Assembly (NCBI RefSeq): GCF_009834535.1
Contig: NC_045696.1
Span: 67,520,001-67,584,000 of the forward strand
Reading direction: 5' to 3'
Source of the DNA: Camelus ferus
Lineage: Eukaryota
DNA length: 64,000 bases
The position numbers and the translations under genes were made by a program. Under the pieces are notes generated by a model that saw nothing but the letters and a program-made list of their open reading frames with translations, did not search any database and was not told the origin of the DNA. Of the stretch, positions 50,460 through 63,894 are shown piece by piece; the stretch's first letter is position 1; each line of letters starts with the position of its first letter.

Positions 50460-50585
50460 ACTCTTTCAAACGGTGAGCTCCCCAAGGACTTGGGCTTGTA
50501 TCTTTTTTAACCTTGTACCCCAAAGGCCACTACAATGTTTGAAATACACAGGGCGCTCAGTAAATACTCACTAGAAGGATAAAGG
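50460..50585 (+). mobile_element. L2 3' fragment
   Basis: gtgagctccccaagg...cacagggcgctcagtaaatact. Confidence 0.7.
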
Positions 50586-50609
50586 ACTGAAGACCATCTA
50601 GTCAGGCAA

Positions 50610-50805
50610 CTGAGATGCCGAGGTAAGAAAACTAGATTCCTCGTCTGTTTCCGTTTCTCGTCTATGGGCTGCCTTCTCTAAGGCTCAGTTTTCTCATGTT
50701 TAATCTAGGAATAGCACCTGCCTTGTGGGACTGTTGTGAGCATCAAATGAAAAACAGCTATAAAAGTACTTTGGGCACATGCATGTAAGTATAAGGTATT
50801 ATTAT
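50610..50805 (+). mobile_element. MIR SINE
   Basis: ctcagttttctcat...cacctgccttgtgggactgttgtgagcatcaaatga. Confidence 0.75.
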
Positions 50806-51569
50806 GCTAAGCAATTGGTACAGGTGGTGAATGCTAGAAGACATATAATTATCATAGCTGCAACACAGCTAGATTATTAAGTGGTGTTGCCTAATACCAT
50901 CCAATGGTAACTCAGGGAATCGGGAGTCAAGTTATTCCTTCCTGAAAGCATAATTGTTCTCTTCCACACGAAGGCAACATAAATATCTGACAATAAACTG
51001 GTTGCTAATGATTTAGGAAGTTCGCTTGGCTCTCTTCTACCTGGAAAAACTGCACTCTGACTGGGCTTCAGTTCACTAATGTGCAAAAACTGGGGCTTGG
51101 GATAGAGAGTCATCAAGGTCCTTTCCAGCTTCAGGGGCGTCAGCATTGACTTCCACCCAATCCTACTGACAAAACAGACAAACTGTCTGGAGGTATAGTA
51201 GCACTTTTTCATAGCTTTTAAGTATCCACTTCTTCAGAGAAAGAAGGACAGCACCAACATGGCTACTCCCGTGGTTTCTGTTTCTTGTCTCGGGAGAAAG
51301 GAATTTGGCTTTTGTAATGAATCCCATTAAGATGCCATCAGAGGAAGGTAATGAGTCCAAGACTCTCTTGTCACATATGCAGAGAAACCTATGAACCAGA
51401 AAAATATTCTTTACCTCCTCTGCTCCCACATTTTAACGAATGCTCAACAAATCCTTATTTACCAACAGTCTGGTTCCTTTCCTTTTATCCCAGCAGTTGT
51501 AAAGGAGTTTAACATGGGAAACAAATGTTTAGAAATTGGAATTGTTTGGGGCCATTCTTTTCCTCCTAT

Positions 51570-51830
51570 CATATCCGACTCTACTTTCAAGGCCCAGCTC
51601 AACCGCTGCATCACCTGGGAGGGCCTTCTTGGTGCTGGTCCTCTCCACCCCCATGCTTTCTGAGCTCTCATCACTGCTCAGGTCTCTCTCACAGACAGAC
51701 TGGGCCCTACATCACTCTCGTGTGAGTGTCTGGTGCTTCTCGATCATCTGAAGGCTCCGTGGGAGCAAGCTGCTCGTCTCCCCCAGAGCACTGAACGCAG
51801 CCCTCTGTACACAGATGGTGCTCATTTGGT
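51570..51830 (+). mobile_element. L2 3' fragment
   Basis: tttcaaggcccagctcaa...catcacctgggagggccttc...cacagatggtgctca. Confidence 0.7.
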
Positions 51831-52584
51831 GGCTCTCATAATTGGCCAATAGTCTACTCTGCAGTTAAATATATTCAAGAGATCTCTATTTAAATGCTCG
51901 CTTTTCCCAAGGCAATGGGAGACAGTTATCCCCTCTGTCTCCTGGACTCTCTTCTATAAAAACTCAGAAACACTCCTGAGCAATATCTGACAACACAATT
52001 TCACAAAAACAACCTTCTTCATTGTATTTTACTTTGCACTTAATAGTAATGCTTAACCTGCCACCTCTTAATTGCATTGGCCATTTGGTGAGGCTTATCG
52101 ATCTGTGCATGAGGAGTTAACTCCAAAAGAGACTTTGACAAGAAAGCACTTTATGGGAGAACACATCGTTATTCCGGCAGCTTTTCTGGAATGACCTGCA
52201 GACACTGCCTGGCCAGACGCGGGCCAGTCTGGCTTCCTGCCACTTGTGCCAATTTCCTCATGATCTAATAGGAACTGTGCAACAACCTTCCAAAGACCCA
52301 AGTCTTTCTCTTTTCTCTGGTCTGAAAAATGAGGTAAGATCTAGTGGGTAAAATTGTAACCTTAAAGGCAAATGCATCAGAGCTCTATGATTTTTCAATC
52401 ATTAACAGGGACCTACTGAGGGTCCACTTGAATTCTGTAAAGGCAGCAGGGAACTCAATAAACACCTGTTAAATGTCTCAGTATATCGCTTCTGTATCTA
52501 GAAACACAGGATATTCTAATCGCCACTCCACCAACCAGCACCCAGAACGCATTTATAGACCTGTGGTCAAAAAGTGTAATTCAT

Positions 52585-52946
52585 TACTATGGACTGAATT
52601 GTGTCCCCTTAAAATTCATATGTTGAAGCCCTAACTTACAATGTGACAGTATTTGCAGATGAGGCCTTTGGGAGACAATTAGGTTTAGATGAGGTAAAAG
52701 GGTGGGGTCCTCAGGATGGAACTAGTGCCCTTGAAAGGGCAGAAACTAGAGAGCTGGCACTCTCTTTCTCTCTGCCTGTCGGGGAGGGCACAGCGGGAAG
52801 ATGACCTTCTGGAAGCCAGGAAGAGAATGCTTACCAGAAACCCACCATGCTGGCACCTCGATCATTGAATTCTAGCCTCTGGAACTGTGAGAAATTTCTG
52901 TTTTTTAAGCCATACAGTCTACGGACAACCTGAGAAAACTAAGGCA
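52585..52946 (+). mobile_element. MaLR solo LTR (MLT1A-like)
   Basis: tactatggactgaattgtgtcccc...attcatatgttgaagccctaac...ccatgctggcacctcgatc...ggaactgtgagaaat...aactaaggca; degenerate 5-bp TSD ttcat / ttctt. Confidence 0.92.
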
Positions 52947-55149
52947 TTCTTTTTTTTTTTTTTTTTTTGTAAGTATCCAATCCCCCTCAGTGTGAGAAGT
53001 ATTGCACTGGGCACTACTTGGGGAGATGTGGAGTAAGGTTTGGGCAAGAACAGGGAAAAGGGACTCAAAGTAAACTAGAAAAAACGAGCTTGCTTCTTAA
53101 GAAGTTGACAGTCTATCTACTATGTGGTGAGACTGCCTGCCAATATAAGGTAGAGACAGCAATGGGTTAAAATAAAGGTGAATGATTAAAACGAAGGTAT
53201 AGAGAAAAGCTCGGGGGAGACAGAGGAGGAAGTGCTTATCTTCAGCTGGAAGGACGTGGGGAAGGATTCTCAAAATAGTGGTAACCAAACTGAGACCTGA
53301 GGGCTGTGAAAAGAAAAGCCTTGCTGATTAAAAAAAGTCCTATCTGATGACAGGCCATCTGTTAGTTTGAATTTATTTAAGAGAAAGGTAGGGGCCAAGA
53401 TTTAGAGAGCACGAGCTGAAAGTTTTGCTTTAATCCTAAGCTAACCCCTCATTTTCCAAAGCTCTCGGTTTTCTAAGCCTTGATTTTGTTAATTTGTAAA
53501 AAGGGATAGTAACAGTTTTTACTTGCCTGTCTGGTAGAAAAAGAATGAATATATGGTATTAGGAGAAACTAAGATTTACCATATGACACACTAGTACAGG
53601 CCCCTTCCTCTACGAAGACACTCTTGTTAAATTTCTCCTTTTCCCCCAAATGTCTCTACTCTCTTCCCCCAGTTTTTCCTCTGAGGCTCCAGCACATTCC
53701 ACGCTATTCATTTTGTGGGAGAACTATTTGTGTATTTGTTATGCTTTTATAATATAATTTATTTAGAATTTTTGCCTAGAGTGAAAATGTAAACTTTAAC
53801 TTTCTAGGGGAGATACATCTTAGAAGGTTCAGTTTCATTTTAACTAATGTATTCCAGTGGTTTTATTGATATAAATGGCCTCAAAAATCTTTCAGCATTA
53901 TTAAAGAGTCCATAAAGCAAAAACACCTTCTGTGGAAGATGTTTATTACCCAACAAAATTAAGATAATTTAAAACTCATCACATATGTGCGTTTGTGAGT
54001 TTCAGATTTCCTGGAGTGCTCAGTACATCATCGATGCATCACCTACCCTGAGCAAGTCTTTCCCCCTCTTTCAGCATCCTGTTGTCTCAAACTGTAAATG
54101 TAGGAGACTGAATTATGTAATAATCTTCAAGTTAAAAAATAAGTATGTTTTGAAGACCTGCCAGCTATACCAGATACACCAGGGCCTAGTCACTATTAAG
54201 TACTCAAAAAGAGGGCTTGCCTTGCTGTAAAGGTGATGCCAACCTCACCTGGCAACCCCTGACTCTGCAGGGAGGTGAGCAAAAGAGAGATCCAGGAAGC
54301 AGATTTTTTTTTTTTTTCAGTAGGCTTAGCTGTGGGAGGGAATTACCACGTCCCATTCAAAGTCATCAAAGAACATCAGAGAACTTCCACCCAAACCCCC
54401 TGGCAATTTTCATCTGCAAGTTGGGCCTGTGTGTTTGACCTTGAGTGCAGCGGCTCTTAAGATAATTCTACAGCTGGAAGACAGACAGCTGGCTTCCCTC
54501 TCACATCCTTCCTTTCAGTCTTTCACATTTACATCTCAGCTACGACTGCTCAGAGGCTTCCCGAGCCAAGTTCTCTTCTTTGCTTTGTATACACACAGAA
54601 TCCCAAATCCAAGGTATAGCAAAGGGCAAAGAGTCAAAGAGTTTCTCAGGAGCCACTGGGATCTGGGGGGGGAGCCCTGTCCTTCTCTAGCCTGCCCTTC
54701 CCTGTAAGTATCAAAACAGTTAGAGGCTCGCCTGCTGGGGCAAGAATTAAAGAAAAGAAAAAAAAAAAGTAAAATGTGCTACACCTCTCCCACCATACAC
54801 ACACCCTCTAAGGGTTTTAAATCAAGAAGGGAACGTGCTGAAGTCTCAAACGACTGTAATATCAGTTGCAGAGGGTTAAATCCTATGAGAGAGGGAGAAA
54901 CAAAAGCCTTGCATGTTCAGGAAAGGCCACATCTATTTGGACAAGTTCCAGGAAAGCTTTTTCAGGTTGAGTGACACAGATTTCCAAATGATGGAGACTG
55001 AGAAAGGCACAAGACAGACAGTAGCCCGGGTGCAGACAGACCAGCCTGAGAGAGCAACGTCCAGGAGAAGTGTCCATTTGGCCAAGTGCCGTAAAGGAAC
55101 TAGAGGAGAGATGGGGTAAAGAGAAGTGTCTGGGGACTACTTCTTACAT

Positions 55150-55328
55150 GAGCTGGGCTGGATCTCAAGCCTACGCGTGCAGAAGGATCTTCCCAAGAGC
55201 CCTGTAAAAGATGCTCATTTCTTGGCTCCTTGTGCAGGAGTTCTGGGGAGTGGTCCAGAGTTTCACTTTTAATGAGGACTTCCATAATGGAGTAATGATT
55301 CCAAATGACACATTTTGGGAAAACCAGG
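55150..55328. mobile_element. MER5B-like fragment
   Basis: tctcaagcct...ctgtaaaagatgc...cacattttgggaaaacca. Confidence 0.5.
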
Positions 55329-55529
55329 CTTCCAGAATCTCATGACTTGCCACTGCCCCTCAGACTCTTGGAGCTCTCAAACCGGCCGTGTGCAGGTAAC
55401 ATTCTGGAGACTGCAATGCTGACTGATAACTGTCCTTCGGTGACTCAAGTGAGGCAAACTTCTCCTTTGCACGTTTTGTATCTACATCCCTGAGGCTTGA
55501 TCTGGGCAGTTATTTAGTGGTCAAACCTC

Positions 55530-55730
55530 CCCTACTTTTTTACTCAGCTCTGTCAGCCTCTTTGAACCCTCACTTAGCCACTGAGGTAAGAAATATCACT
55601 TCCATTCTATTTGTGAGGGAATTTAAGCTAAAAGAAGTAACGGGAATGAAGAATAGTAGCTGGTCAAGCTGGGTGTGAACGAGGTCTGCCTTTAAATTCC
55701 ACGTTCTTTCTTCAAAATCATTTGCTGCCT
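55530..55730 (-). mobile_element. MIR SINE
   Basis: tttgaaccctcac...ctgaggtaag...tccattct. Confidence 0.55.
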
Positions 55731-55832
55731 CACACCAGGCCCCCTAAACGAAAGATAGGATGTCTTACCCAGGACTCTTGAACTTATTTCCATGTCTATT
55801 TTTAAGACCAATTCGAAAGTATAATCTCTCTG

Positions 55833-55833
<1 letters not shown>

Positions 55834-55874
<41 letters not shown>

Positions 55875-55876
55875 AC
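55834..55876. repeat. (CA)n microsatellite
   Basis: Seen directly. Confidence 0.95.
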
Positions 55877-56464
55877 TCCTTGGCCAAATCCTTTTTCTTC
55901 TAATTGAAAATATGTTTCACTTTTCTCTTTTGAGGGTGCAGCGCAGTTCACAAGACCCTACTAATACAGACTCCAAGCTGTAACTGGGCACTTATCATTC
56001 CTTTACCCTTTAAGAGTTATAAATATGAAAGAAAACAAGGAACAGACTTCTTCCCTATTTTCTTTCCATCCTTTTATCTCTAAAGTAGGAAGTTTACTGA
56101 ACCACTGCCAACAATTCACTCAGCCTAATGAAGTGTATAAGTAATAGGATTAAATAATCTTAAACCATTATTACAGTGGCCTGATGCTGACATTCATCCA
56201 AACTCTGGCAAACACCGAGTGGTGAGTTCATGCTTGATTTAAAAATAAACAAACTAGGGCAGCGAGAAGGTTCTAGCATAAAGTTTCAGAGGCATTTAAC
56301 CTGGAAATCTGAGACTCTCCGTCTTGGTTTAGGCTGAAGCAAAGGCTGTCCTATTTCTAAACTCTCCAACCAAAATTTACGCAATCCAACATTTTCTAGG
56401 GATGTTTCTCTGGGGCCTGTGGCCACATATGGTTAAACCTCTTCATGTCAGTCCCAAAGAAAGC

Positions 56465-56645
56465 AGTTCTTTGAAGGCATCATCAAGGCTCCTGGTTTTT
56501 ATTCCTGCCTCTGACATTAATAAACCATATAACCTCAGGCAAATCAGTCAGTTTTCTCGGGCTTTAGGTTTTCTCGGCTATAAAATGATGTTATTGAATT
56601 TCTAAGGTTTCCCCTGGCCCTTAAAAAGCATTCTAATTCTATGAC
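56465..56645 (+). mobile_element. MIR SINE
   Basis: cctggtttttattcctgcctctgacattaa...aacctcaggcaaatca...ctataaaatg. Confidence 0.75.
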
Positions 56646-57313
56646 AATTGAAATGAATATAGTTTGGGGTAGGAATTGGAGGAGGAAAGGGTTCTGTTCG
56701 GCTAGGTCTCTGGTTTTCTGGGCCGTCTACTTCCAGGCGTGAGCCTCGCTGTCCTTGCCGAAGACTGCCTTGGAGCTTACAGGGATGTAGGGGGCAGAAA
56801 TCGAGATCAGCAAAGGGCTGGGAGCTACTAGGGGAAAAGGGCTAAATAAAAACCATTAGCAAAGGCCGGTGCAGTAACTATTCTCCCACTGAAAGCCTGG
56901 CTGTTGTGTAATTACAGGGTGATGATATGAATGCCTGTTAAAGTGAGAGGTGCTTTCCAAAGCATGTTCAATCCCCAAATCATTCTGCTCATGAGTTAAT
57001 TATCCCTGTAAAATTCTATAGCATTCTTCACTTAGATCATTTACGCTTTTAAAGGTTTACCTAGGTATTTTATCTTTTTGTTTGCTTCTGTGTAAGGATT
57101 TTTTTTCCTGTTACATTTTCTAAACCTAAATTTACAGTTTTAAATTTCTTAGGTTACTAAACTTTTGTTGGTCTGATACTTTAACTTTCCTTGGAGAATA
57201 ATCATATGATCTATAAATATTTATACATCCTAGTCTTATAATTTTCAGTGAAAAAGTCTCAGAAAAGTAGGGATGATACAATGCAATTCACTTAAAATTA
57301 AGAAACACGATAT

Positions 57314-57518
57314 TTACTATATTTAAAATAGATAAACAACAAGGAACTACTGTATTGCACAGGGAACTATATTCAGTATTTTGTAATAACATACATGGAA
57401 AAGAATCTAAAAAGAAAAAATATATATGTATGTATATGTATAACTGAATCGCTTTGCTATTCACCTGAAACTAACATTGTAAATCAATTATACTTTGATA
57501 AAAATAAAAAAAACAAAC
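57314..57518 (+). mobile_element. Short artiodactyl/camelid-type L1 3' end
   Basis: aaaatagataaacaacaagg...gcacagggaactatattca...taactgaatcgctttgct...cacctgaaactaaca; probable TSD acacgatat at 57305-57313 and 57519-57527. Confidence 0.92.
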
Positions 57519-57540
57519 ACACGATATATAAGCAACACTG

Positions 57541-57590
<50 letters not shown>
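57541..57590. repeat. (TATC)n tetranucleotide microsatellite
   Basis: Seen directly, about 12 units. Confidence 0.97.
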
Positions 57591-57591
<1 letters not shown>

Positions 57592-60074
57592 ATCTGTATA
57601 TATGCACACAAATATGTAGTAAAACTATAAAGAAATGCAGGGATATGATAAAAAACAAATTTAGCATAGTAGCTGCCTCTGTACAGGAGTCTTGAGGCTG
57701 TGATTATGGACAAGAACCTAAGGGATGTCAACTAAATTCCTAATATTTTATTCCTTAAGTTAGATAGTGGATACATGGAATTCCATCTTACTATGTTTTA
57801 TATCTTTAGATGTGTTAGAAATATTATATAATTGAAACATAACATATATAAAACAAAAAAGGCATATATATGTATATATCCTTTGTTTCCAAATTTCCAT
57901 TACAAAGGCTAGAATGTTAAGAATAATGTTAATAGCAGGGATCTTGTGCCTTCCTGGGAAAATCTAGGCAGAAGCCTTATCATTGGTTTGTTTTATTCCC
58001 TTAAACTTAACATATCTGTCCTGTTCTTCTACTTTACTTAGAGCTTGTTGAGTTTTTGCAGTTGTTTTTGCTCTTAAACAAGAATGTTGTGATGAATATT
58101 GTTAAATGTCCCCTTGACATCTATGGACATGATTATCTAGGGTTGTTTTCTTTTTTTAATTTGATATATCAATACAATGAATTATGTTACAATATTCCTG
58201 ACATTGTCCTAACATTGGAATCATGGAATAACTTGGGATGTTTCATTACGTGGCACTCAATTTGCTAACATTTCATTTAGAATTTCTGCATTTACAAAAG
58301 GTTGATTAGCAGAGAGTGTTCTCTGGGGGCCAAACTAGGTTAGGAATTATTAATCGGGATCAGGCTAGCTTTACAAGATGATTTGAAAAGTTTATCTTCT
58401 CTTTCTGGGCTCTGAAAGTTGAAATAGCATAGAAATCAGTTGTTCTTCAAAGATCTGAAGAATCCTGTTAGTGAAATTTCTTGGTTCTTTCTCAGGCGGT
58501 AGCTCTGCATTTCATCCAGGTTTATGAGGTTATTTAACTCTTCTTCCCCTGTATTTAGATTTACACAGAAAATAGCCTCTTTTATATAAAATTTTAACTG
58601 CAATAATTTTAAAATGTCTTCTACACCCATGCTAAAAGCTTCTTTTTCATTCCTAATTTTCTGTAATTTTTGTTTCTCCCTTTCTTCCTTGATTATCTTC
58701 ACTGGATGTTTATTTTATTGTGCTTTTCAAAGAACCATCATCTCCTAGACCTAAAAATTCTACTATTTCTCAATTTATCAATAAGTGCTTTTATTTTAAC
58801 TAATCCCTCTACCTTTGGGTTAATTTTGTTGTCCTTTTCTAGTTTTTTAGGTCCATATGTTTACACTCTTTTTTTGTTACAATGAATGATTCTAACTTTA
58901 CTTGGAATTCAACTCTGGCTGCACGTCATTCTCCTTGTCACGCAGCGTTATCACTATCACTACTTCCCAACAATTGTTTACCTTGTGTGATTATTTGTTT
59001 ATCCTTTTATAGACTTCTTGTCATACTGTACTGCTATGTATAGCTCTGCCAGCCAAAGTAGGAACTGTCTACATTTTCCTTTTAGACTATGATATGATGC
59101 TTTTCTAAACCTTCCGTGAAGATTTGGAAAAGAGATATAATCTCTTTGGTTGTATGGATTAAATCAATCATATTAACCATATTATTCAACTTATATAATT
59201 TCTTTGTCAGAGACTGCAAGAAATGTGTTAAAGTTTTATAAAAACTATGGTTTTTACCATTTTCATCTTGTATTTCCTCAATATTTTTGTATCATATATT
59301 TCAATGTAAGGCTATTTAATGAAAAAAGGCTCATGGCTATTCAGGAACTGTGACATTTATCAATAAAATAATGTTCTTTGGCTCATTTGATAGTTTTGTC
59401 CTGAATTGTACTTTGTCTGTTATTAATATTGTAGTTACTAGGTAATTAATATTATTTTTTTCTGGTCTAAATTTGCCATTGCATCTTTCCCTACATCCTT
59501 AACTATTACTTTTATTGATTCATGGCTTATCACCATTTTATTTGTTCCGGACTTCCTACACACTTTTTGATTAATTTATTGGTTTGCTGGAATATTTCTT
59601 TGAGTCAGTTTTTCAGAAAGGGTATGTAAGTGATATACATCTTTTTTGAATGTCCATGGAATATTTAAAAGAAACTATTTCTGTAGAAGGCAGTTTGATA
59701 TGCTGTTAGGTAATGAAAGCAAGTTATTAATTAGTATGGATGGTATGATTTCAGTGTGTGTGTGCAAACATTTACATAATATGTGCTTGTATCTATAAAC
59801 ACATATCCATACATAGGTACATTGAAATAGAAAAAGAATATGTGGTAAAATGTAAGCTGTTATAATATTTAGATAGGAGAGTTACATACCTTTTAAAAAT
59901 ATTTTCTAATTTTTCTCTAATAAGCCTATCACACTTAAAAACTGAGTTTCTTGTTACTATTTTTTAAAGAATTACTACTACAAGAAAAAGTATTCTAAGT
60001 TCAATATGGTAAGAGAAAAAAATAAGAAAAAAGGAAACCTAGTAATAATAAATGAGATTTCCAGGGATTTGTTG

Positions 60075-60315
60075 GATGTGTGGAAAGAGTTGGACTTGAG
60101 ACTCAAAGGCCAGGGTCAAGTCTTGAATCTGACACTCACGTTCTTTGGAAATGAGCAAGCTGATTTTTTTTCCCTAAAACTCAACTTCTTAATAGTGGAA
60201 ATGAAGGAAAATAATAATTGTACCTATTTTCTAAGACCGTTAGAGAGTGACAGGAGAAAAAGAAAAGTGCTCTGTAAAAGTTAAAGCACTAAATGAATGT
60301 TAGTTATTACTATGA
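60075..60315 (+). mobile_element. MIR SINE
   Basis: ggaaagagttggacttgagactca...gtgctctgtaaaagttaaagcact...tgttagttatt. Confidence 0.75.
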
Positions 60316-60915
60316 TTATTTTTAACCATAAAAAAGGGGCTTTTGCCTTAAAACTTGGGGCATTTCAGGGAGAGCTATATGTAAATGCTTAAGAAAAGAC
60401 AGGGGCTTTGGTTTTACTTTGGTAGAAGTTCAGTATTTCAGGTTCTGTAATACTGGAAGGTATGATTCATGTGGTTGTCAATTAAAATCGTAAGAATCAA
60501 TGGCTATACTCCCAGGGGGCTGTCAGTAGCTGCACAGTTTTAGGAGGCTCAACACTCGTTGCGGGGCAGTCGTATGGTTCCAGCCATAAAATTCAAGTTA
60601 GAGGAGCTGTCCCTAGTCTTCATTCTGTCTTTTACTTTGAAAATATCAAAGCCGCTGTAAAGGGGACTAATAACCTCCCCCTCGTCTGCTTCACAAGGTT
60701 CTGACAGGGATGGTGGGGTGCAGGAATAGAGGCCCAGGGACACTGTAAAATATACAGGGCTGCACAAATGGAAGAGAGAGCTATTCACAGCAGTTAGCAC
60801 GGTTAAATCTCTCAAGAGCATACTTGACAAATTTTCCTCTCTCTTGAACCATTTTTTCTCCTTCCTGGGAGAGTGCTTGCGGGATGACAACGTAACATTA
60901 AGAAGAAAGTGCATA

Positions 60916-60918
<3 letters not shown>

Positions 60919-60956
<38 letters not shown>
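60919..60956. repeat. (GT)n microsatellite
   Basis: Seen directly. Confidence 0.97.
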
Positions 60957-60959
<3 letters not shown>

Positions 60960-61839
60960 GTGTGCAGGATCTAGTGCGAGGGAGACACAGACAGACAAAC
61001 ACTCCTTGGAGATGAGAGAACAGAGGTGGGTAGTAAAAAAAGAGAGGAGAAGGGAAGTTCATGTGAATTTTTTCAAGTTCAGTCCAAACTCTCAGGTCCT
61101 TTCCTAATACCCACATAAAGCACTGGCCGTAACTGCTTTTAAAACACTTTATTAGGAGGAGTTGAGCATATAAAAGGACAACTTTCCTGCAGAGGTACAA
61201 AACCAACCTCTTAATGCAGGTTGAAAAGTTAGAATGTTTTAACTGTAGCCATTTAGTGACATAAGGAGCAAAAGGCCGTCAGTGTGTTGGCCACTAATGC
61301 ATCAAATTCAGGAACCTTAAAGTGTTTAGTCTCCTGCGGAGTTGGCCTCCTATTTCCTGAGGTCTTTTAATCACTTGGATTGTAACTCTAATAAAAACGT
61401 CTGTACCAACTTCCACTGCTGGAGTGCTAGGAGTTGGATTTGATCCACTCTGAGTAAGAGCCCTGGTTTAGGGGAAGATCTTTGGCTGCCATTTCATAAA
61501 CAGACTTGCTGAGAATTTCTGATGCACTGTGTCTCTAGGCCCAGACTCTCTGGCAACGTTACGAACACAGCAATTCTTTGGTAAATCTGTACTTATGAGT
61601 AAACCTGTTTCATTAAGGGCAGAAGGACATGGAAGTGGGAGGCACTGTTGCTGCCCACACCAACATAAAAATCTTCTTAAGCAAGACATGAACCTCTTCT
61701 CATGTATGTCCTCATATTCCTTCTATGACATCTATTTATTTCAGTATTTCCATAGCAACTGCAGCTATGAAATTACCCCAAACTTAGAGGATTTCTAAAT
61801 TCTATCAGATTACGCTAAGGGAAAAAGCAATGATAATAA

Positions 61840-62060
61840 TGTTATTAACCAGGTTAAGCCCTTATATTAGTAAACGATTTCTTCATGATACACAAAATAT
61901 CACACTTGTTTACTCCTTCCCTTTGAAGACAGGGAGGAAGTTAGCACCTCCCTTTAATAAGCGAGGATACTGGTATTCATAAATTAAATGACTTATCTAA
62001 CGTCACACCAGGAGAGCAAGGACTAAAACCAATGTATTCTATTTACATCACTTTTCTTCC
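61840..62060 (-). mobile_element. MIR SINE
   Basis: gaggatactgg...attaaatgacttatctaacgtcacac. Confidence 0.6.
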
Positions 62061-62229
62061 CAAGGAAGCTTGGTGCTCTTAATTTTAATCTGTTCACTTA
62101 TACAAACTCATAAGAATAATCAAAACTAAGCCTTTAAGAGATCCATCACCAAAGCAGAAAAGCATCTCATTGATTTTGCTAATTATAAAACTTAAAATAA
62201 CTATTGCATAATTCACTTATTAAATTGGT

Positions 62230-62830
62230 GCAAAATTAACATAGAGAAACCCCTTCAACACTGGATAAGGTATAGCTTAACATTTGGTCTCATTATTGCT
62301 GGTGGTTCTGTAAATTGGAAAAATCTTTTTAAAGAAATCTAGTAAAAGGTCTCCAAACTGCCATAAAGTAAACTTGGTAGCATAAATCATAGAATTTATG
62401 CTAAGGAAGTAATTCAAAGTAAAATAACATAAAAACTTTTACTCAGTTACTTATAGGCATGTTATTTACAATACTGAAAGACTGGAGAATATCTGATATC
62501 TTTCTAGTGGCAAATGGCTTTAAAATGTAGTGTGTAAGCATAAGGTACAGCTAACAGATAAAAAGCTAAAAATGGAAATCAGTAACAGTGGAAAGCTATA
62601 TACATATTCATATGAGGTCAATCAATGGAAAATTCAAAAGAAAGCATGTATAAAGTGATTAAAGAGAATTACAATGCCTTACTGAGTCCAATTTGTTTAA
62701 TTACAGCTATGTACATGTAAGGATTAAGGATTCAGGAGACCATAGGAAAATGCAAATAGTCACTGAATCAAAGATAAAGCCACCGCTGGTATATTTGCTC
62801 TCCACATTATGTAAATATTTAATTTAAACA
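62230..62830 (+). mobile_element. Old L1ME-like 3' fragment
   Basis: tctcattattgctggtggttctgtaaattgg; tgttatttacaatactgaaagactgga. Confidence 0.65.
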
Positions 62831-63894
62831 TGATCTTAAGTTCTTCAGTACCAATTTAAGCAAAAATAAAATAAATTAAATTTATATCAGACCGGTCTCC
62901 TTCCAGAACTCAGAGCATCAAACAGTGTGGTCCTTACACAGAAATAGTTAACTAACTTAACTAACTTCAATATGCTGATTCTATCAATGAAAAAAAAGAG
63001 CACAGACTGAGGCCCAGGGCCTAGGTTTTCTCTGCTTTGTACAGGACGTCTCAGACATCTTGCTTCTACTAATGGAACACGACGCAGTTTGACTGGATGA
63101 CATCACAGGTGCTTCCTGGTCACAGGGCTTCCTGGTCTAAGGTCACACAGCCCTAGGGTCCTCCTTAACACAAACTCTATCTTCAAAACAAAGCTGTCTC
63201 ATTTTATTCTCCTAGCTTTCCCAACCTCCTGAAGAGAAACTCTTTACATTTTTAGCGTGGCAGCTCATTGCACTTAGGAAAGTTCAGAAGACATTAAAAT
63301 GCTAAAACATCCATCTGCGGGCTTGAGGGCTGTGCTGAACTCTGAAATCAGTATCGAACAGGGGTCTTTGAGTAAAGCTTAACTGAATTCTGATAAGAAT
63401 TAAATTACATTTAGAGTCACCACGGATACATTTCATTAAAGAAAAATCTTGATTAAAGTTTCTTAGGAGGGAGTGAAGTCAAAAAGGATGGTAAGAAATT
63501 CCATTACTTGAATTCACTCACTTCTTGCAAGGATGTGATTAAACATCACCCAGATAGTGCTCCCTGTCATGAGCACAGTACAGGAACGGGCAACTAAAGC
63601 AGAAGGAAATGCACCCTCAAGAACTGCTGAGCTGCTGTGCCTGGAGTGGAGATGGAGACCTCACCTCAGCACAGCAGAAACCCACAGAGCAAGCAAAGCA
63701 TTTAACAACGGGAGAGGGGTACGTCTGAGAGATTGGAACGATTTCCCAAAGCCCGATGCATCTCACTGCACATGTAAGGTCCTCACTTTCAGAAATGCTA
63801 AATAGGCCAGAAATCTTATCAAAATTAATCTCAGAATAACATTCATTCCATTACCATTCCCTGAGCCAGCCAAGTGTGCCTTACAAAGACTGCC

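Larger units (their letters stand above)
57250..57860 (+). mobile_element. L1ME-like 3' end
   Basis: atatgtagtaaaactataaagaaatgcaggg...taatattttattccttaagttagatagtggatacatgg. Confidence 0.7.
57030..59690 (-). mobile_element. Old L1M ORF2 remnant, interrupted at ~57250-57870
   Basis: cctaggtattttatcttttt...aatcatatgatct, resuming ~57880; ORF 58436-58702 (...KIRNEKE...) resembles L1 ORF2. Confidence 0.75.

Noticed and set aside
50240..50585. Oppositely oriented L2 tails, the architecture behind the miR-28/151/708 family
   Set aside because: The matching segments are about 100 nt apart and too diverged; only an 8-bp local stem is visible and there is no match to a known mature miRNA.
60549..60998. 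149-aa minus-strand ORF
   Set aside because: Spans a (CA)n repeat and MIR-like sequence; no recognisable protein.
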